DNA of 64,000 bases, taken from Azolla caroliniana. Taxonomy: Eukaryota > Plantae > Polypodiophyta. This document shows positions 13,973 to 27,400 of this stretch, one piece after another. Every line of letters begins with the position of its first letter. The first letter of the stretch is position 1. The position numbers were made by a program, and so were the translations under genes. The notes under the pieces are model-generated. The model did no database searches and had not been told where the DNA came from. It saw nothing but the letters and a program-made list of their open reading frames with translations. The stretch covers positions 2,914,001-2,978,000 of the forward strand of contig JBHGNT010000004.1 of assembly GCA_043228905.1 (NCBI GenBank). Direction: 5' to 3'.

Positions 13973-14279
13973 TCATGCCTCTAGGAGGGGCTGCGGGTCA
14001 TGGCTATATATGCTCCTTCATGTGCTAGGTTGTCCGTCACATGACTCCTCTTGGAGTTGCTTGGGTCATGGTTATGGGCTCCTTCACGTGAGATGTCCGT
14101 CATGTGATGCTTCTCGGAGTGTCTTGGGTCATGGTTATGGGCTTCTTCGTGTGAGATGCTGACCGTCATGTCATGCCCCTCGGAGCGGCTTGGCTCATGG
14201 TTCTGGGCTCCTTCATGTGAGATGTTGTCTTGTCATGTCATGCCTCTTGGAGTGGCTTGGGTCATGGTTATGGGTCCCT
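13973..14279. repeat. Minisatellite, ~5 diverged copies of ~60-65 bp
   Basis: Recurrent GGGTCATGGTTATGGGCTCCTTCA(C/T)GTGAGATG..GTCATG..ATGCC.CT.GGAG unit. Confidence 0.85.
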
Positions 14280-16410
14280 CAATGTACGACGCTGTCCATT
14301 GTGTTGACAACATTGTGTGTGTAGGTAGGTGTGTCTGCATGTGGCTTGTTTAGTGTCCCGACATTGGAAGGGTCCCAGGGTTTATGAAAACTTGTTAGTG
14401 TTGTAGTTTGTTGCACTTTTCTCGCAAGACATAGCTCAATATTTGTTGTTAGTCAGTTCTATCGGAACATCCATGCCCCCTCCACCCACCTTTTTCTAGA
14501 CCCATTTTTGGATGTCATCCGATTGACTCAATGTGATGAATGGGAGAGATAGATTTTTAGTTTTTGAGGTTAATTATGGCCTTTTTGGACCCACAGTGAA
14601 ATATTTTCATGGAGTGTTATGGGAGTTTCAACATAAGTGTGACTCTTGGTTTTCAAGACTCTTTTTAATGTGTGTTACATGGTAGTTGAGATAGTGAAAT
14701 TTGAGTAGAAATAGGTAAGGATTTAAATTGTGGACTAAATAAGCTCAAATGTGATTGGATTGTGGTACTTAGGCTCCTGAAGTTATGTGATTCCTTTAAC
14801 ACAATTAGCTCCAACTCGCATACCCACTCTTGCGTGTACATTGAAAAAGTTGAATTGGCCAACCTTTGTTTACCATTGTTTTTATCAATGGGTCAATATG
14901 TTTGAGTGTGAGTGTGACATTGTTGACGTAGCACATGATTAATCTCATGGGTGAACACGACAGAAATATTTGATATTAATCCTCATTGTGTTTTCACGTT
15001 CGGTATACTAGAACATTATCATAATATGGTTGTTTCGAAAAATATGACATCGTTGAGAAAGGGAGTGAAACACATGGATTTTATTATCATGCTTATAGTT
15101 CAAATATGGCCAGGGACTAAAATAAAAGGTTTTCATGCGATGTGGCTTGATCTTCAAGAACTTTATTTATGAAATTTTCAATTGAGGTCGTGCATTGTGA
15201 TTGAAAGAAATATGCATACGGGTAGTTGGTGGAAAATGTGGGGGATGCAACTTGCATGTGGTTGAACATGGTGCCTTCTAGTTGAGTGCTAACACTTGCT
15301 AACTTCTTTGGGGTAAAATATGGTCTTATTTTAACTTCTTTACTTGCTTCTCATGTAATCATAGCAAGTCCATGAGAAGTTCTTTCAGTCTTCAACTTCA
15401 TGTTCAATAGATAAATTTGGAGTTTTAGTGGTCTTGTGCCTCACTCTCATGGTATATGGGTTTAAAATGGTAATTGATTAAGGTTCCATCTCCTTTGACT
15501 TTTAATAATTGGCAACCACATTTCTTTCATGTTAAGGTCATTGCCAAGAGGTTATATATATACTTGTCAACAATTGTCCCAAAGGAGGAATACCCATTTA
15601 TTACAAGAAGGGGTATTTTGCACATAACATTCTAAATGTGCAAATGATCATAGATGATTCTAAGGAATCCATGAAGAGTTAATCATGATACAATTAGATC
15701 TTGAGAAATGAATGATGATGTGAGTTGTTTGTTTGTTAATGAGTCATATTGGTTTGGTGAACTGGTGTCAAGTTTGTTATATACTTTGCACAAGGAGTGA
15801 AGTTCACATATCATGTTGAATAGAAGAATCACCCAACCCATTTCCTGTTTAAAGCTGGCGAGACAAGGATGTTCATTGCGTTTCTTATTCTTTAATATTG
15901 TAAGACACCCCATTTGAACAACAATTAACACACCATATGATATAGTAAGGTCTAAGGGCTATTCACGGGATTAGGGAACGCCACTCCCCAATGACAAAGA
16001 CCACATCATACATTAACACATCACAACATGGTTCACCGCTTCACTCCATGCAACGGTGGAGTCCTCAAAAGCTTATGAGGTTAATATAAAATTTACGAAC
16101 ACCTAATTGTTAAACTAATTAAGAAATAATTTGGTCTTAATAAAACAGATAATTACTAGATAAGGAACAAATGAAGTATCTTACTTAAATAATTAATTAA
16201 TAAGTCAAAAGTATGTATATATTTTGATTAATTAGTGCGGCAAAGCTATATAGACAAAGGTGGCTCCATTTACTTTGGATATAAATGAATACTAATTACA
16301 TGGGCCATCACCAACATGACTTTGTTGTCACTAATCTATGCTTAATATACATAGAAGTTAAGAAGATAGAATATTAGGCTTTGAATTTATGATTAGAATG
16401 ATAATGAGAG

Positions 16411-16441
<31 letters not shown>

Positions 16442-16442
16442 G

Positions 16443-17370
16443 AAATTATATTATCGTCTTCGGAGGTCAAATATGACCTATGAGACCAAAAATATTACAT
16501 TTCACATGATACGTGTGAAAGTGAGTAGTGATTCTCAATGTTCAAGAACTTTACCGATGAATGTTGCAATCGAGAGTGCACATTGTGGTTGTGAGAGGAA
16601 TTCATGCAAAGATTGGGCTCGGTCGAAGAGATGTGGAAAGCATGGTCAAATATGATCAAATGCAGAGCATTGTATCAAAGTGTGATACTGAGACTCATGA
16701 ACTTGTTTAGGGCAAAGTGTGCATAGCCGACCACTCTCATCACTTGTGTCCCAACACCCTGTTTCACATCGCAATGCATGTGAGCTAAGTCGCATGGAAG
16801 CAATGGTTTGAATGGCAGATAACGGTATGGGCTCTAACATGTATCGATGTGTACGATTTCCCCATTCCGCAAAGAATATGGTTTTGTAGTTAGGTGCAAC
16901 ATGTGTAGTATAATGTGTGAAGCGCGAGCCTCCACATTTGTCCCATGTCATGATACATTGGCGTTGCAAAAAGGCCTCATTTACAGAGGAATCTAATGAT
17001 GCATCATGAAGCAAGTGTCTCGCATCCCATCTACCAAACCATTTTTCTATATCTTGCATCCAACTGGAACACAAAATTTTTCTTTTATTCGTCTTTTGGA
17101 TCTTTTTGGTTGCTTCCGACGCAATTCTAGGAAGTCGATATGAGGGACTTTTTTGAACCTTAAGCATATATTCGAAGGTCAAATGTGACCTATGCGACAA
17201 AAAATATAACATTTTCATGTGATGCATGTGAAAGTGAGTAGCGACTCTTAATGTTCAAGAACTTTACTAATGAATGTCATTGTCAAGAGTGCACGATATG
17301 ATTGCGAGAGTAATTCAAACAAGGATTGGCTTTGGTCGAAGATGTATGGAAAGCATAGTTGGATGTGATG
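16443..17370 (-). mobile_element. LINE ORF2 3' end (non-L1 type, RTEX-like zinc knuckle) plus a second 200-bp 3'-end copy, between (GATA)n tracts
   Basis: ORF 16646-17227 has RLSSHALRCETGCW...RLCTLC...ESQYHTLIQCSAFDHI. 16462-16660 and 17173-17370 are diverged copies of the same 3' end. (GATA)n at ~16410-16440 and ~17378-17394. Confidence 0.75.
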
Positions 17371-18754
17371 AAAGAAAGATAGATAGATAGATAGAGAGTG
17401 AGCGAGAGGGAAAGGACGTTTTACAGGTCAAACATCGTTTTTACAAGTGATTACTAATCTCTACTTTGTTGAGTCTTTTTGCTCGCTATCATATAAGGCT
17501 GACCAAGAATGGAAAGTACATAATTCTAATTATGGATGTTGGCAACGTAGAACTTAATATTCACATTCTTCTGCTCAAACATTCGTTTTCAAACGACTGC
17601 GTATGTTATGAAAACATACTTATGTTTTTTTTTGACGTTTTAAATTTTTTTTCTCACTTTTTTAATTCAATGAAAAATTAATGAATTCACTAAAAATTAA
17701 TTAATTAGGGTTTCAGCAAAACCATGAGTTGGAGGCCGAGAACAAGATGTAGGCATCGCGTCGAGGATGCAGGTCGAGAAGAGGAAATATGGTCGAAATT
17801 AGGGTTTTGACTGGAATTAGGGATTTTAGCGGAAACCCTAATTTGCAGGCCGAGAACAAGATGTAGGGGGGAGGGAGGATGTAAGTTTTAAAAAAATGAA
17901 TAGTTGTTTTTTCAAAAAACAAAACCGAATACTTTTACAAGTATTCGTATTCATATTTCGTATGCGTTTCGTTGTTGGGGGGGGGGGGGGGGGGGGGGAG
18001 GCCCTACAAATGCGAATGATCAGATTCGAGCTCGTTGACCAACGCCCACTCGACCATTTGTTGGGAGGCCCTACAAATGTGAATACGTAAATCTATGGTA
18101 CTACTATTGGAACCGCTAAACCGTTAAACCATAGATTAACGGTCCGGTTCGGTTCGAGCCTAAACCGGGACCACACACACACACACACACACACATACAT
18201 GATACATCCATCATTTTACAAACAATTATTTCTAGATCCATTTTTGGAAGAAAAAAACAAAAACAAAATACATTTCTAGATCTTGAATAACATATTTACA
18301 AATCTGGCCAAGAAAAACCACATCCACCCACACACATATATACAGAGATCAAAAGTTTCTTCTTCTTCGTCGTTTCCTTCTCCTTCTTCTATCAATTCTC
18401 TCTTCTAACGGGTTTCTCCTCTGCCGTACGCTCTCAGAGGTTCTCTTTTGAAGAGATCCGAGCCAGGTATTTCAGTATTCTTCACGCTCCAGCCAATTCT
18501 CTCATTTATAGTTCCTCCTTTCCTCAATGATATCATTATTTATAACAGATCTGCTCGATCCATTTTCTTTTCCATTTCGATCGATTGCATTTCTGCATTT
18601 ACTCCCTCGCTTTGTTTTACTTGTCTGAATTAGTTAGCTTTTGTGTCTCTATTAAAATCTTTGCAATCCCACAGATCTGTGGTTTTTCGAGTCTGTTTTT
18701 CGAACGTTTAGTGCAGTTAATAATCGTATATGTGGACATCAATAATACAGAAAT

Positions 18755-18935
18755 ACAACTTAACCTGGTCGTGAAAAAGCTCCTTAATGCAGAAATTAAG
18801 CTTCCTTTGGACACAAAGAAGCTTCTTAATGCCGAGTTTAAACTTAACCTTTCCATAAAGAAGCTCACCTTATCAATTACGAAGCTGAATCCCTGTATTA
18901 GGAAGCTTAATATCTTCATAATGAACTTAAGTTAA
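18755..18935. repeat. Degenerate 21-bp minisatellite in the 5'UTR intron of NRS/ER
   Basis: AA(G/A)CT-like cores recur at 18777, 18798, 18819, 18840, 18861, 18882, 18903 and 18924. Confidence 0.65.
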
Positions 18936-19027
18936 ACTTTGAACCTTAATTACGAAACGAAGTTCTGATTGTTACTTGCGATGATCTGTGATCACAGAAA
19001 CGAACTACTCAGATCTGCGCAGGGAAG

Positions 19028-20208
19028 ATGGTAGCTGTCCAGAATGGAGGCATCAAATTCTTGATCTATGGACGGACAGGATGGATCGGAGGTCTTTTGG
19101 GAAGCCTGTGTGAAAAGGATGGTATCGCCTTTGAGTATGGGAATGGACGTCTGGAGAACCGTGCCCAACTTGAGGCGGACATTGCCAATGTGAAACCAAC
19201 CCATGTATTCAATGCAGCCGGTGTCACGGGCCGCCCGAATGTGGATTGGTGTGAAACCCACAAGGTCGAGACCATCCGTGCCAATGTTGTCGGGACACTT
19301 ACTCTTGCTGATGTTTGTCGGGAACATGGTTTGCTTCTTATCAACTATGCCACTGGTTGCATATTTGAATATGATGAGAAACACCCCCTTGGAACGGGCA
19401 TCGGTTTCACGGAAGATGAGAAGGCTAACTTCATCGGCTCTTTCTACTCCAAAACAAAAGCTATGGTTAGTTAAACTTGTTCCTTTTTTCTTATGTCAAT
19501 GGGTACATTATCTACACGATGATATGGAGAAACGAAAGTAACCCGAATTCCAACTCTTGACAATGTTGATGTCGTCAATGATATATAATGATGGTGTCAA
19601 ATTTATGTTGATGTCAAGCTTGGCATTAAATTATTTGGAAAATTGCAATGGTAATGCGAATGAAGCCAAGAACAAATGGGCAATTACAACATGATGATGC
19701 TAGTAAAAAGGCTTCAGTGACAATGCTTATTTATTGATTATAAGATTCCTTTGTTGCATTTTTGTAGGTGGAGGATCTCCTAGGTAATTATGAGAATGTA
19801 TGCACACTCCGTGTACGCATGCCCATTTCGTCCGACTTGAAGAACCCACGCAACTTTATTACAAAGATCACTCGCTATGAGAAGGTTGTCGACATACCCA
19901 ATTCAATGACGATACTCGACGAATTGTTGCCCATATCCATTGAGATGGCCAAGCGCGGATTGAGAGGGATATATAACTTCACCAACCCTGGTGTTGTAAG
20001 CCACAATGAGATTCTGCAGATGTACAAGGACTACATTGATCCCTCATTTACATGGAAGAATTTTACACTTGAGGAACAGGCTAAGGTGATTGTGGCACCT
20101 AGAAGCAACAATGAACTCGACACAACTAAGCTGAAGAAAGAATTCCCTGAACTTCTCTCCATCAAAGAATCTTTAATCAAGTATGTCTTTGAACCAAATA
20201 AGGTCTGA
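19028..20208 (+). CDS. NRS/ER: Bifunctional nucleotide-4-keto-6-deoxyglucose 3,5-epimerase/4-reductase (nucleotide-rhamnose synthase/epimerase-reductase), 2 exons, 292 aa
   Basis: Exons 19028-19465 and 19768-20208 (GT-AG) join as KTKAM|VEDLL. Motifs KFLIYGRTGWIGG, NAAGVTGRPNVDWCE, SFYSKTK, LRVRMPISSDL. Probable 5'UTR intron 18467-18997. Confidence 0.95.
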
Positions 20209-21895
20209 CGAACGAAAATAGTGAGGCAAGTGTTGTGAGATTGATGGAATGTGGATGGGTGCTTATTGATATGGAACCAACATCGATTAATTTTTAGTCT
20301 CATGAATTTATTTATTTTTGTTGTGTTGCGGGAATTTTAGTTTGTTATTTGATCATTATCCAAAAAGACATTGACATCTGAATATAAACTAGTTATTGAA
20401 GCTCATCTAGTGCGTTGATGCATACCCATGAATCCTCATATAGCTACATTAAATGGTTTGTGGAGCTATTCTCAAAGAATAGGCACATTATGATGACGTA
20501 AAGATCTTAATTTTAGGTTTTTGAATGATGACTCGATGGTTTATGAGTTTATTTTCAGAGGATAGGCTAACTATGATGTAAAGTTCTATGGTGATTATTT
20601 CCATGGGCCTTTCCGATGGCCCATGATTGCTACTTTGTTTTGTTCATTACGCTCACATGTGTTCTTCCTTAGCCAATGGCGGGAGGTATTGATTCGAAAA
20701 CATTGTTGTGAGTGTGAAAGTCATCATTTTGGTTTATTGGCATTCTAAAGGAAATTACATGCTAAAGACTATATTACGTGCATAAGTACAATATAGAAGT
20801 GGCATCTTTATGCATCATAGTTTAGATTCAAAGGTTTACTTTAATACAATTTTAGATATAAGGATGAGTTAGATGCTTATTATAAATTCTTTTCATTGTG
20901 TTTGTTTGAATTCATGCTCATAGTAGTTTTGTTCCCTAAAAATGGATCTACAACAATGTTTTCATTGCCTTGTAAAATACAATACTATAAAACAAATAGA
21001 GACTTTTGTGATCTAGTTGGCTACTCTCCATATAAAAAAAAATGTCATGTTTTTAGTATAAACTTTTGCATAATCTTTGAAAGCTAGACTGCTAATATAC
21101 TGAGCATATTTTAATATTTGTCAAACTCGTTTGTATTTTACTTGAAGGTGGAGGTGATCATCGCAATCCTCTAGTAAGCAACATCTAATGAGAGCTTTGC
21201 TATGAGAAATGGCCTAGTAAAATAGTATTCACGTGGAAATTTTCTTGTGATCTCTTGGTAATAGCCACCAAAAGCAATATCAACTAAGAGAACTCCAGTA
21301 TAAGAAAATAGTGGAAGAACAATTCAATGTTTAGGGTAACAAGGACAACAATCAAAATAAGAAATTTGTATAATGCTCATGTATGCTTAAATGGTTGAAT
21401 GTGTAGGCTTAGGATTACAATCACAAGATTGAGTATGGAGCCTTCAATCCAAATGTACGACACTATTAAGAAGTTGGAGTAAGAATTCTATCTATTCCAC
21501 CACCTTGTAGGCATAGCTACGGAGAACATGGGCCCAAGGTCTAGCAAAGTTTAGAATTCAATGAGAAATTGATAGAGGTTAGGTTAAAATTTTCAAATAA
21601 TTGCATAAAGCTCTAGGAGAGTATTCTCATGAAAGAACCCCATCACCCAAATGAAAAGATCAGGGGCCAGAAAGTAAAGTACAAATCAATAAATGATACA
21701 ACAATGACATAGATATCCAAAGAACAAGAAGAAATCTGAAAAATAGAATTCCCCTATTTTCACTAACAAAGACAACTATAGTAATGCCCTTTTGCCCCAA
21801 AATGATTTGCTTAAATTTTCCAAAACCTAACCACAATACACTCTCTTAAACGCAAGTCAAAGTAAACTAGGCATATTTTAAATATTAAAATTCTT

Positions 21896-23579
21896 TTGTT
21901 GCACAAAAAAACCTTACTTGCCAAATTTGTGGTGCGAGGACTCCAACCAGGAAATGACTGTTCGAAAATGATATTGCGGTTACGTTTCGCTTACTTTAGG
22001 CCACGAAAAGGGGTCAAATGCCCCCCCCAAACGGGATGGATTCTAAACATGGATCTCAAACCTAGTTTCTCTCGCCAATTGCAGGATAGATTCAGTGCAT
22101 CCATGTGGAAGGCATGGTGTGACATTAGACGAGGGCTCAAGTGCGATCAACCGAGATCCGAACCTGCCTGGCTCAGTCAACGTATCCTATGGAACCCATG
22201 TATCAAGGATGAATCTAATCAACTATTGGGATCACGTAAGGGGTTGTCATTAGGATACATTGTAGCAGGTCCAGGAAAAAGTATAGAATGTTGGAGACGG
22301 TTTATGTCACTGTCACCACAAGATCAAGCCAATATACTCCATGGAATCAGGGGCGGATGGACTATGAAATTGGAAATCACTAACGCTCTACTGATTAGGG
22401 AAGCTGCTACTCAAAGGACGACAATGGAGAAATGGATAGGCTATGAGGAGGAGGGATCTTTGATCCCGCGAGGTAGGGGAACACCAGACAGGATCGAAGG
22501 CTCTGAATTGCGAGACACTGGGACACCAACACAGAATAACGCAATTCGAGTACTCGCGTATACTGGTCATCAATGGATTGTAGATCCTGATCCGATCAAA
22601 GTACAACCCGATTGGCACATATGTACTCATGAAAACACATGGCTATGTAAGGTTAGTTGGAACCCTTTGCAATGAACATGGCGTAATCCTTACGCGGGGC
22701 AAGGAAGCAAACCCATCCCTTTCTTCCAATTCACAACTAGATTGGGTCGTCACATTCTAGCTGCTCAAACCGCCTGAGAGCCGGCTGCTGCAAAGGTCTG
22801 GCACACATTTCAAGTTCCTCACACAATTATCACCAAGTTTTGGCAGAAAATCTGGAAACAACAACACGCGAGGCGAATTACCACGTTCCAATGACTATAT
22901 AACATAAGTCACTACCGGCGGGAGCATGGTAACGTGGGAACCTTAGCTCTCCTAATTGTGTAGAGTGCCCAAATGTAGTAGAATCAATACGACATGCTCT
23001 GTGGGACTGCCCAACGTCCCATCGAATATGACGGGGGGTTGGCCACTTGTTGCAATTATGCCAGGTGCAAGGGTCAATCAAGTGGGGAAGTATATGTTGG
23101 CTATCATGGCAAACCCCAGTTGGCAGATATGAACATTAGGAGGAGGGGATGACTTTGGTGATAAAAGCACAAGAGGTTTCTTTCTCCACCAGCGACAATG
23201 TCCACTCAACTCCTCTTAATGACAAATCTCAAGTTGTGTTGGAATTGGTTAGCCCAATAACTCTTTGGATTTTATGGAAACAACGGTGTAGACGGGTCTT
23301 CTCCAACCAAACCGCAGATCCAACAAGGTTACTGCAAGAGATATGGAGTGAAATTGTAGCCACTCTAAAGAGCAAATATGATGGCCTTAAGGGCGGCTCT
23401 GATGGAGTCGAAAGACAACGAATCGCCTTCATCCAACAATGGTCTTCCTCTCCCTTTCTTGAGTTAGTGGGCATCCACATAAGATGGAACTATCGCGCCC
23501 CTATAGGAATTTATACATAATAGTCTCATTTGTAAAATTTTATAACTAATGGAAGGAGTTTTTTTGGAAAAATAAAAAA
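21896..23579 (+). mobile_element. 5'-truncated L1-type LINE (post-RT region and zf-RVT), decayed
   Basis: LLAKFVVRGLQPG, FWQKIWK, CVECPNVVESIRHALWDCP and LWILWKQRCRRVF, with in-frame stops and an A-rich 3' end at ~23567-23579. Confidence 0.8.
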
Positions 23580-23632
23580 CACATTGCATATGTATATAAT
23601 TTATGAGGAATAAGATTCAATTTACAAGATAG

Positions 23633-24118
23633 TGTTGTCTAGAGGACAAAAATGTAAAAATTAGGAAATTAGCAAACGACGGTAGTGTAACCGAGTAGGA
23701 AAGAATGCCAACGAGCGCCGAGTCCGAGTATCACGGGCTCGGCTGTGTATTAGGGGAAACGTTATTTAAACAAGGTCGAGCACCTCAGAGAGAGAGAGGA
23801 AAAATATAGGCGGAAGCACTAGCTTAGTCGATCGTAACTAGATAATCCTGTAAGGGCACTGGCCGTAGGCCGTGTTCTGTAATCCTTTTGGTGTTGCAGT
23901 AATATATCTGATTTGTGCCCATTTTGCTCCATGTATCTGTGCTTTGGCTCATACTTATGATTTCAGCGCCGCCCACGCTTAACAAGATCTCGCTAGTGTT
24001 TTATCTCTGATCGTTTTCTCCCTCACGACGCCTCTGTTACGAGCCTTCACATACCACGCCCTTGGATATTGATAGTCGTAGGTCTATCGAAGGTGTTCAC
24101 CCAAAGGAACGGGTGACA
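23633..24118 (+). repeat. 5' LTR of element A
   Basis: TGTTGTC...GGGTGACA; matches 40525-41010. Confidence 0.95.
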
Positions 24119-24123
24119 CAATT

Positions 24124-24136
24124 TGGCACGCCCGGT
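24124..24136 (+). promoter_or_regulatory. Primer-binding site of element A (tRNA-Arg-like)
   Basis: TGGCACGCCCGGT 5 nt after the LTR; complementary to a tRNA 3' end ...GGGCGTGCCA (plant tRNA-Arg, from memory). Confidence 0.75.
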
Positions 24137-24410
24137 TACAGCTGTGGGTGCACAGCGAACTTCGTTGAATGTAACCACCAGCCGCCGTTACGGCGCCCCC
24201 TCGCACCACGAGGTCTCGGCCACTTGCTCGACGCCCTGAGCCAGTCGAAGGAACTTCCGACTCAGCGGTCACTGACCAATCCTTTCCCGAGCAATCCGAG
24301 GCTTCCCCAGTGCAATCCTCGCCACCGGACACTCGATCGCGAGTTGATTCCCCACCAAAACCCCCTCGAGCCCTCTGGAGGTCAATCAACCGGAACTAAA
24401 CCCTTTCCCG

Positions 24411-27400
24411 GTGCTACCAGAAGACCCAGAGTACGACATCATGCCGTACCCATTACCACGATACACCGACGGACCAGACGCGGAGTCACACATCCGTGCC
24501 TTCATATCCACGTGGCAGGCCAACCACTCAACGCACCGCCTCACGCCGGCCGAAATCGATGCCTCAAAGATTGCTGAGTTCACACTCTCCCTCGATGAAC
24601 CGGCCGCACGATGGTACTCTCGCCTCGAAATAGGAGAGGCCACCACTTTCCAAATCGTGCGCACAAAGTTCCTTGAACTTTTTCATCGCGATGTGCCTAA
24701 ACGGGAACTACACCGGCAATTCTTCTCTATATGCCAAGAACCGCACGAAACGGTCGCGTAGTTCACGATCCGGTTCTAGGATCTCTACAGAAAAGTGGCC
24801 GATGATGTCTCGGCACAACATATACCGGACACTTTCCTGTCCAGTTTACGAGAGCCTCTCTGAACCACTCTCGCACTTACAAATTTCGCCAACCATACTA
24901 TCGAACAAGTCATAGTGCGGGTTCTCGCCCTCGATCGGACCCAGCACGACGCGGCCTTCTCGATGACATCCTTACAAAACGCTCTTCCCCAAGAGGACAA
25001 TCGCTTTCGCCAAGCTCTCCAATGCACGACGTGTTTAGGATCAGGGCACCTGGCCCTCGAATGTCCCCACCAACCACAATGTTCGATCTGTCAGTCTCCA
25101 GCTCACACTGTCGAGCAGTGCGAATATAATATGTTGAACCGCACAACGGCGGCACCGGTCCGTCAGATCGAGCCAAGAAATACATACTCTCGGCAGGACG
25201 AGCGATATGCCTACCGAGACCAGGATAACGACCGACCGCGATCCCCGAATCGACGGCGCCAAGACGACGGCTACCGACGTGATGACCGCCGTGATCACTA
25301 TCGCGATGACCGGCACGACGATTATGCTCGATATGATGACGATCGCGATGACAGCTATGACCGACGGAACTCACGCATTGATCGGCGAAACGGCCAACTC
25401 ACGCAACAATAGAAGACATCACAACAACTGCCGACATGACGCTCCTTAAAATGATCAGCGCAACTCCAACGCACCTCAGACCAACCCACCACCAAACGAG
25501 ACTGGGAATCAACAACAACAGCTTCCACACACAGACCGAGCGGACACCAGCAGCTCGGCCAACGTTACGTGTTTTAAATGTAACCAACCAGGCCACTACG
25601 CCACGCAATGTCTAACAACCGACTGTGGCAAAGCACCTGCGGTGACCGTCACTACCAGGAGTAAAGCGCAGACTACACAATGGCAAATCCAAGACGAAGT
25701 CCGTCAGGCAGCAAAAGAATGGATCGACACGACCAATAAAAAGAATGTCGTGCGCATGCAAACTGACATGAGAGACATGCCCAGCGAAGCACCACAAACC
25801 TCGGTACCATCCACGTTGACGGAGGACGACCAACTATGGGATGTTCTTACCAACTCCCGCATCTCGCTGCCCCTACATAAACTGTTACCACTCATGCCGA
25901 GATTTCGGGACACCCTGGCAGCACTCCAGGCCAATACGAAGCCCATGACACCACCGGTACACCTCACCGAAGCAGGCACAGGTCCACCACTCATGGATTC
26001 TCAGAACCCAGCCGTGCGAAACATCATTAAGGGCCAGGACCTGCATAGATGCATCATCGACGGCGGATTCGGCGTAAACGTTATTAGCGAGTCAACATGT
26101 CAATGGGAACCATGCCCCTTTTGGCTTCGGATGGCCGACACCCGCTCCGTTCGCCCCATTGGTTTAATCCGCCATCTCGATTTCACACTCGGAGGCCACA
26201 TGTTCACGATCTCGGCCGTCGTACTAAGATTGGAGACACAAGGCCCAATGTTACTAGGTCAACCATGGTTGTGTACAACGAATATCAAGCAACATTGGCA
26301 ACGCAACATGATCTCATTCCGAAGAGGCAAGACAAAAGTCTGAATCATCACTGAAGAACGAGTCCCCGTCGCCCTCAACACTTTGCCGATATACGCAGAA
26401 GGGGTCCATATGCTTGACGGTTTGGCCGATGAGGAGGTCGATGACTTCCTAGATGATCATCCCACGATCATCCCTCTCTTCGAAATCAATGCCATACCAA
26501 CCATCGAGCCACCTAAACACGAGGAGGTCACGGAGGAATCACCACCCCAAGATGAACCAGATCCAACCACAGTTGCCGAGCTACGCCATGCTCGGGATGC
26601 TTTCGAACGCGAACTCGCCATTTCACAACGAGTCAAAGCATCAACCCTGGAAACAATAAACCTCGGCTCGGACGAGAATCCTCGTACGTTACAAATTGCC
26701 AATAATCTACCAACCGGAGAACGGGCATCCCTCGTACGATTGCTCACCGACTACCAGGATGTTTTCGCTTGGTCTTACACCGATATGAAGGGGCTCGATC
26801 CTCAATACTACCAACATCAAATCCACCTCTTACCCGACACTCGACCGGTTCAGCAGAGGCGCTACAGGATGAACCCCAACTACGCCGCTAAAGTCAAAGA
26901 GGAAATCCACAAACTACTCCGAGTGGGCTTCATTCGTCTTGTTAAATGGGCCACGTGGTTGAGCACGATCGTAGTAGTCCCAAAGAAGAACGGAAAAATC
27001 CGCGTCTGCGTAGACTATCGGAAGCTTAACGCGGCAACAGTCACCGACGGTTTCCCTCTCCCCTTCATGGACAGCGTCCTCGACACGGTAGCCGGCCACG
27101 AATGCTACAGTTTCCTCGACGGGTTTAGCGGCTATAACCAGATAAGAATGCACCCGGAGGATCATGAGAAAATCGCTTTTGTCACGGAATGGGGTGTTTT
27201 TGTGGCAGAAGTAATGATGTTCGGTCTAAAAACGGCGTCGGCCACGTTCCAACGCATCATCACCGAAATCTTTCCTGACTACATCCCGGCGTTCATGCAA
27301 GTATTTCTCGACGATTTCGCCATGTATGGCCATCGACGGGAACATATGACCCAGTTACGACTCTGCCTGGACCGATATCGCCAAGCTCGATTGAGCTTAA

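Noticed and set aside
17700-18170. Short direct repeats (GGCCGAGAACAAGATGTAGG, GGGAGGCCCTACAAATG) and AACCG clusters suggesting a non-autonomous DNA transposon
   Set aside because: Ends and TSD could not be defined.
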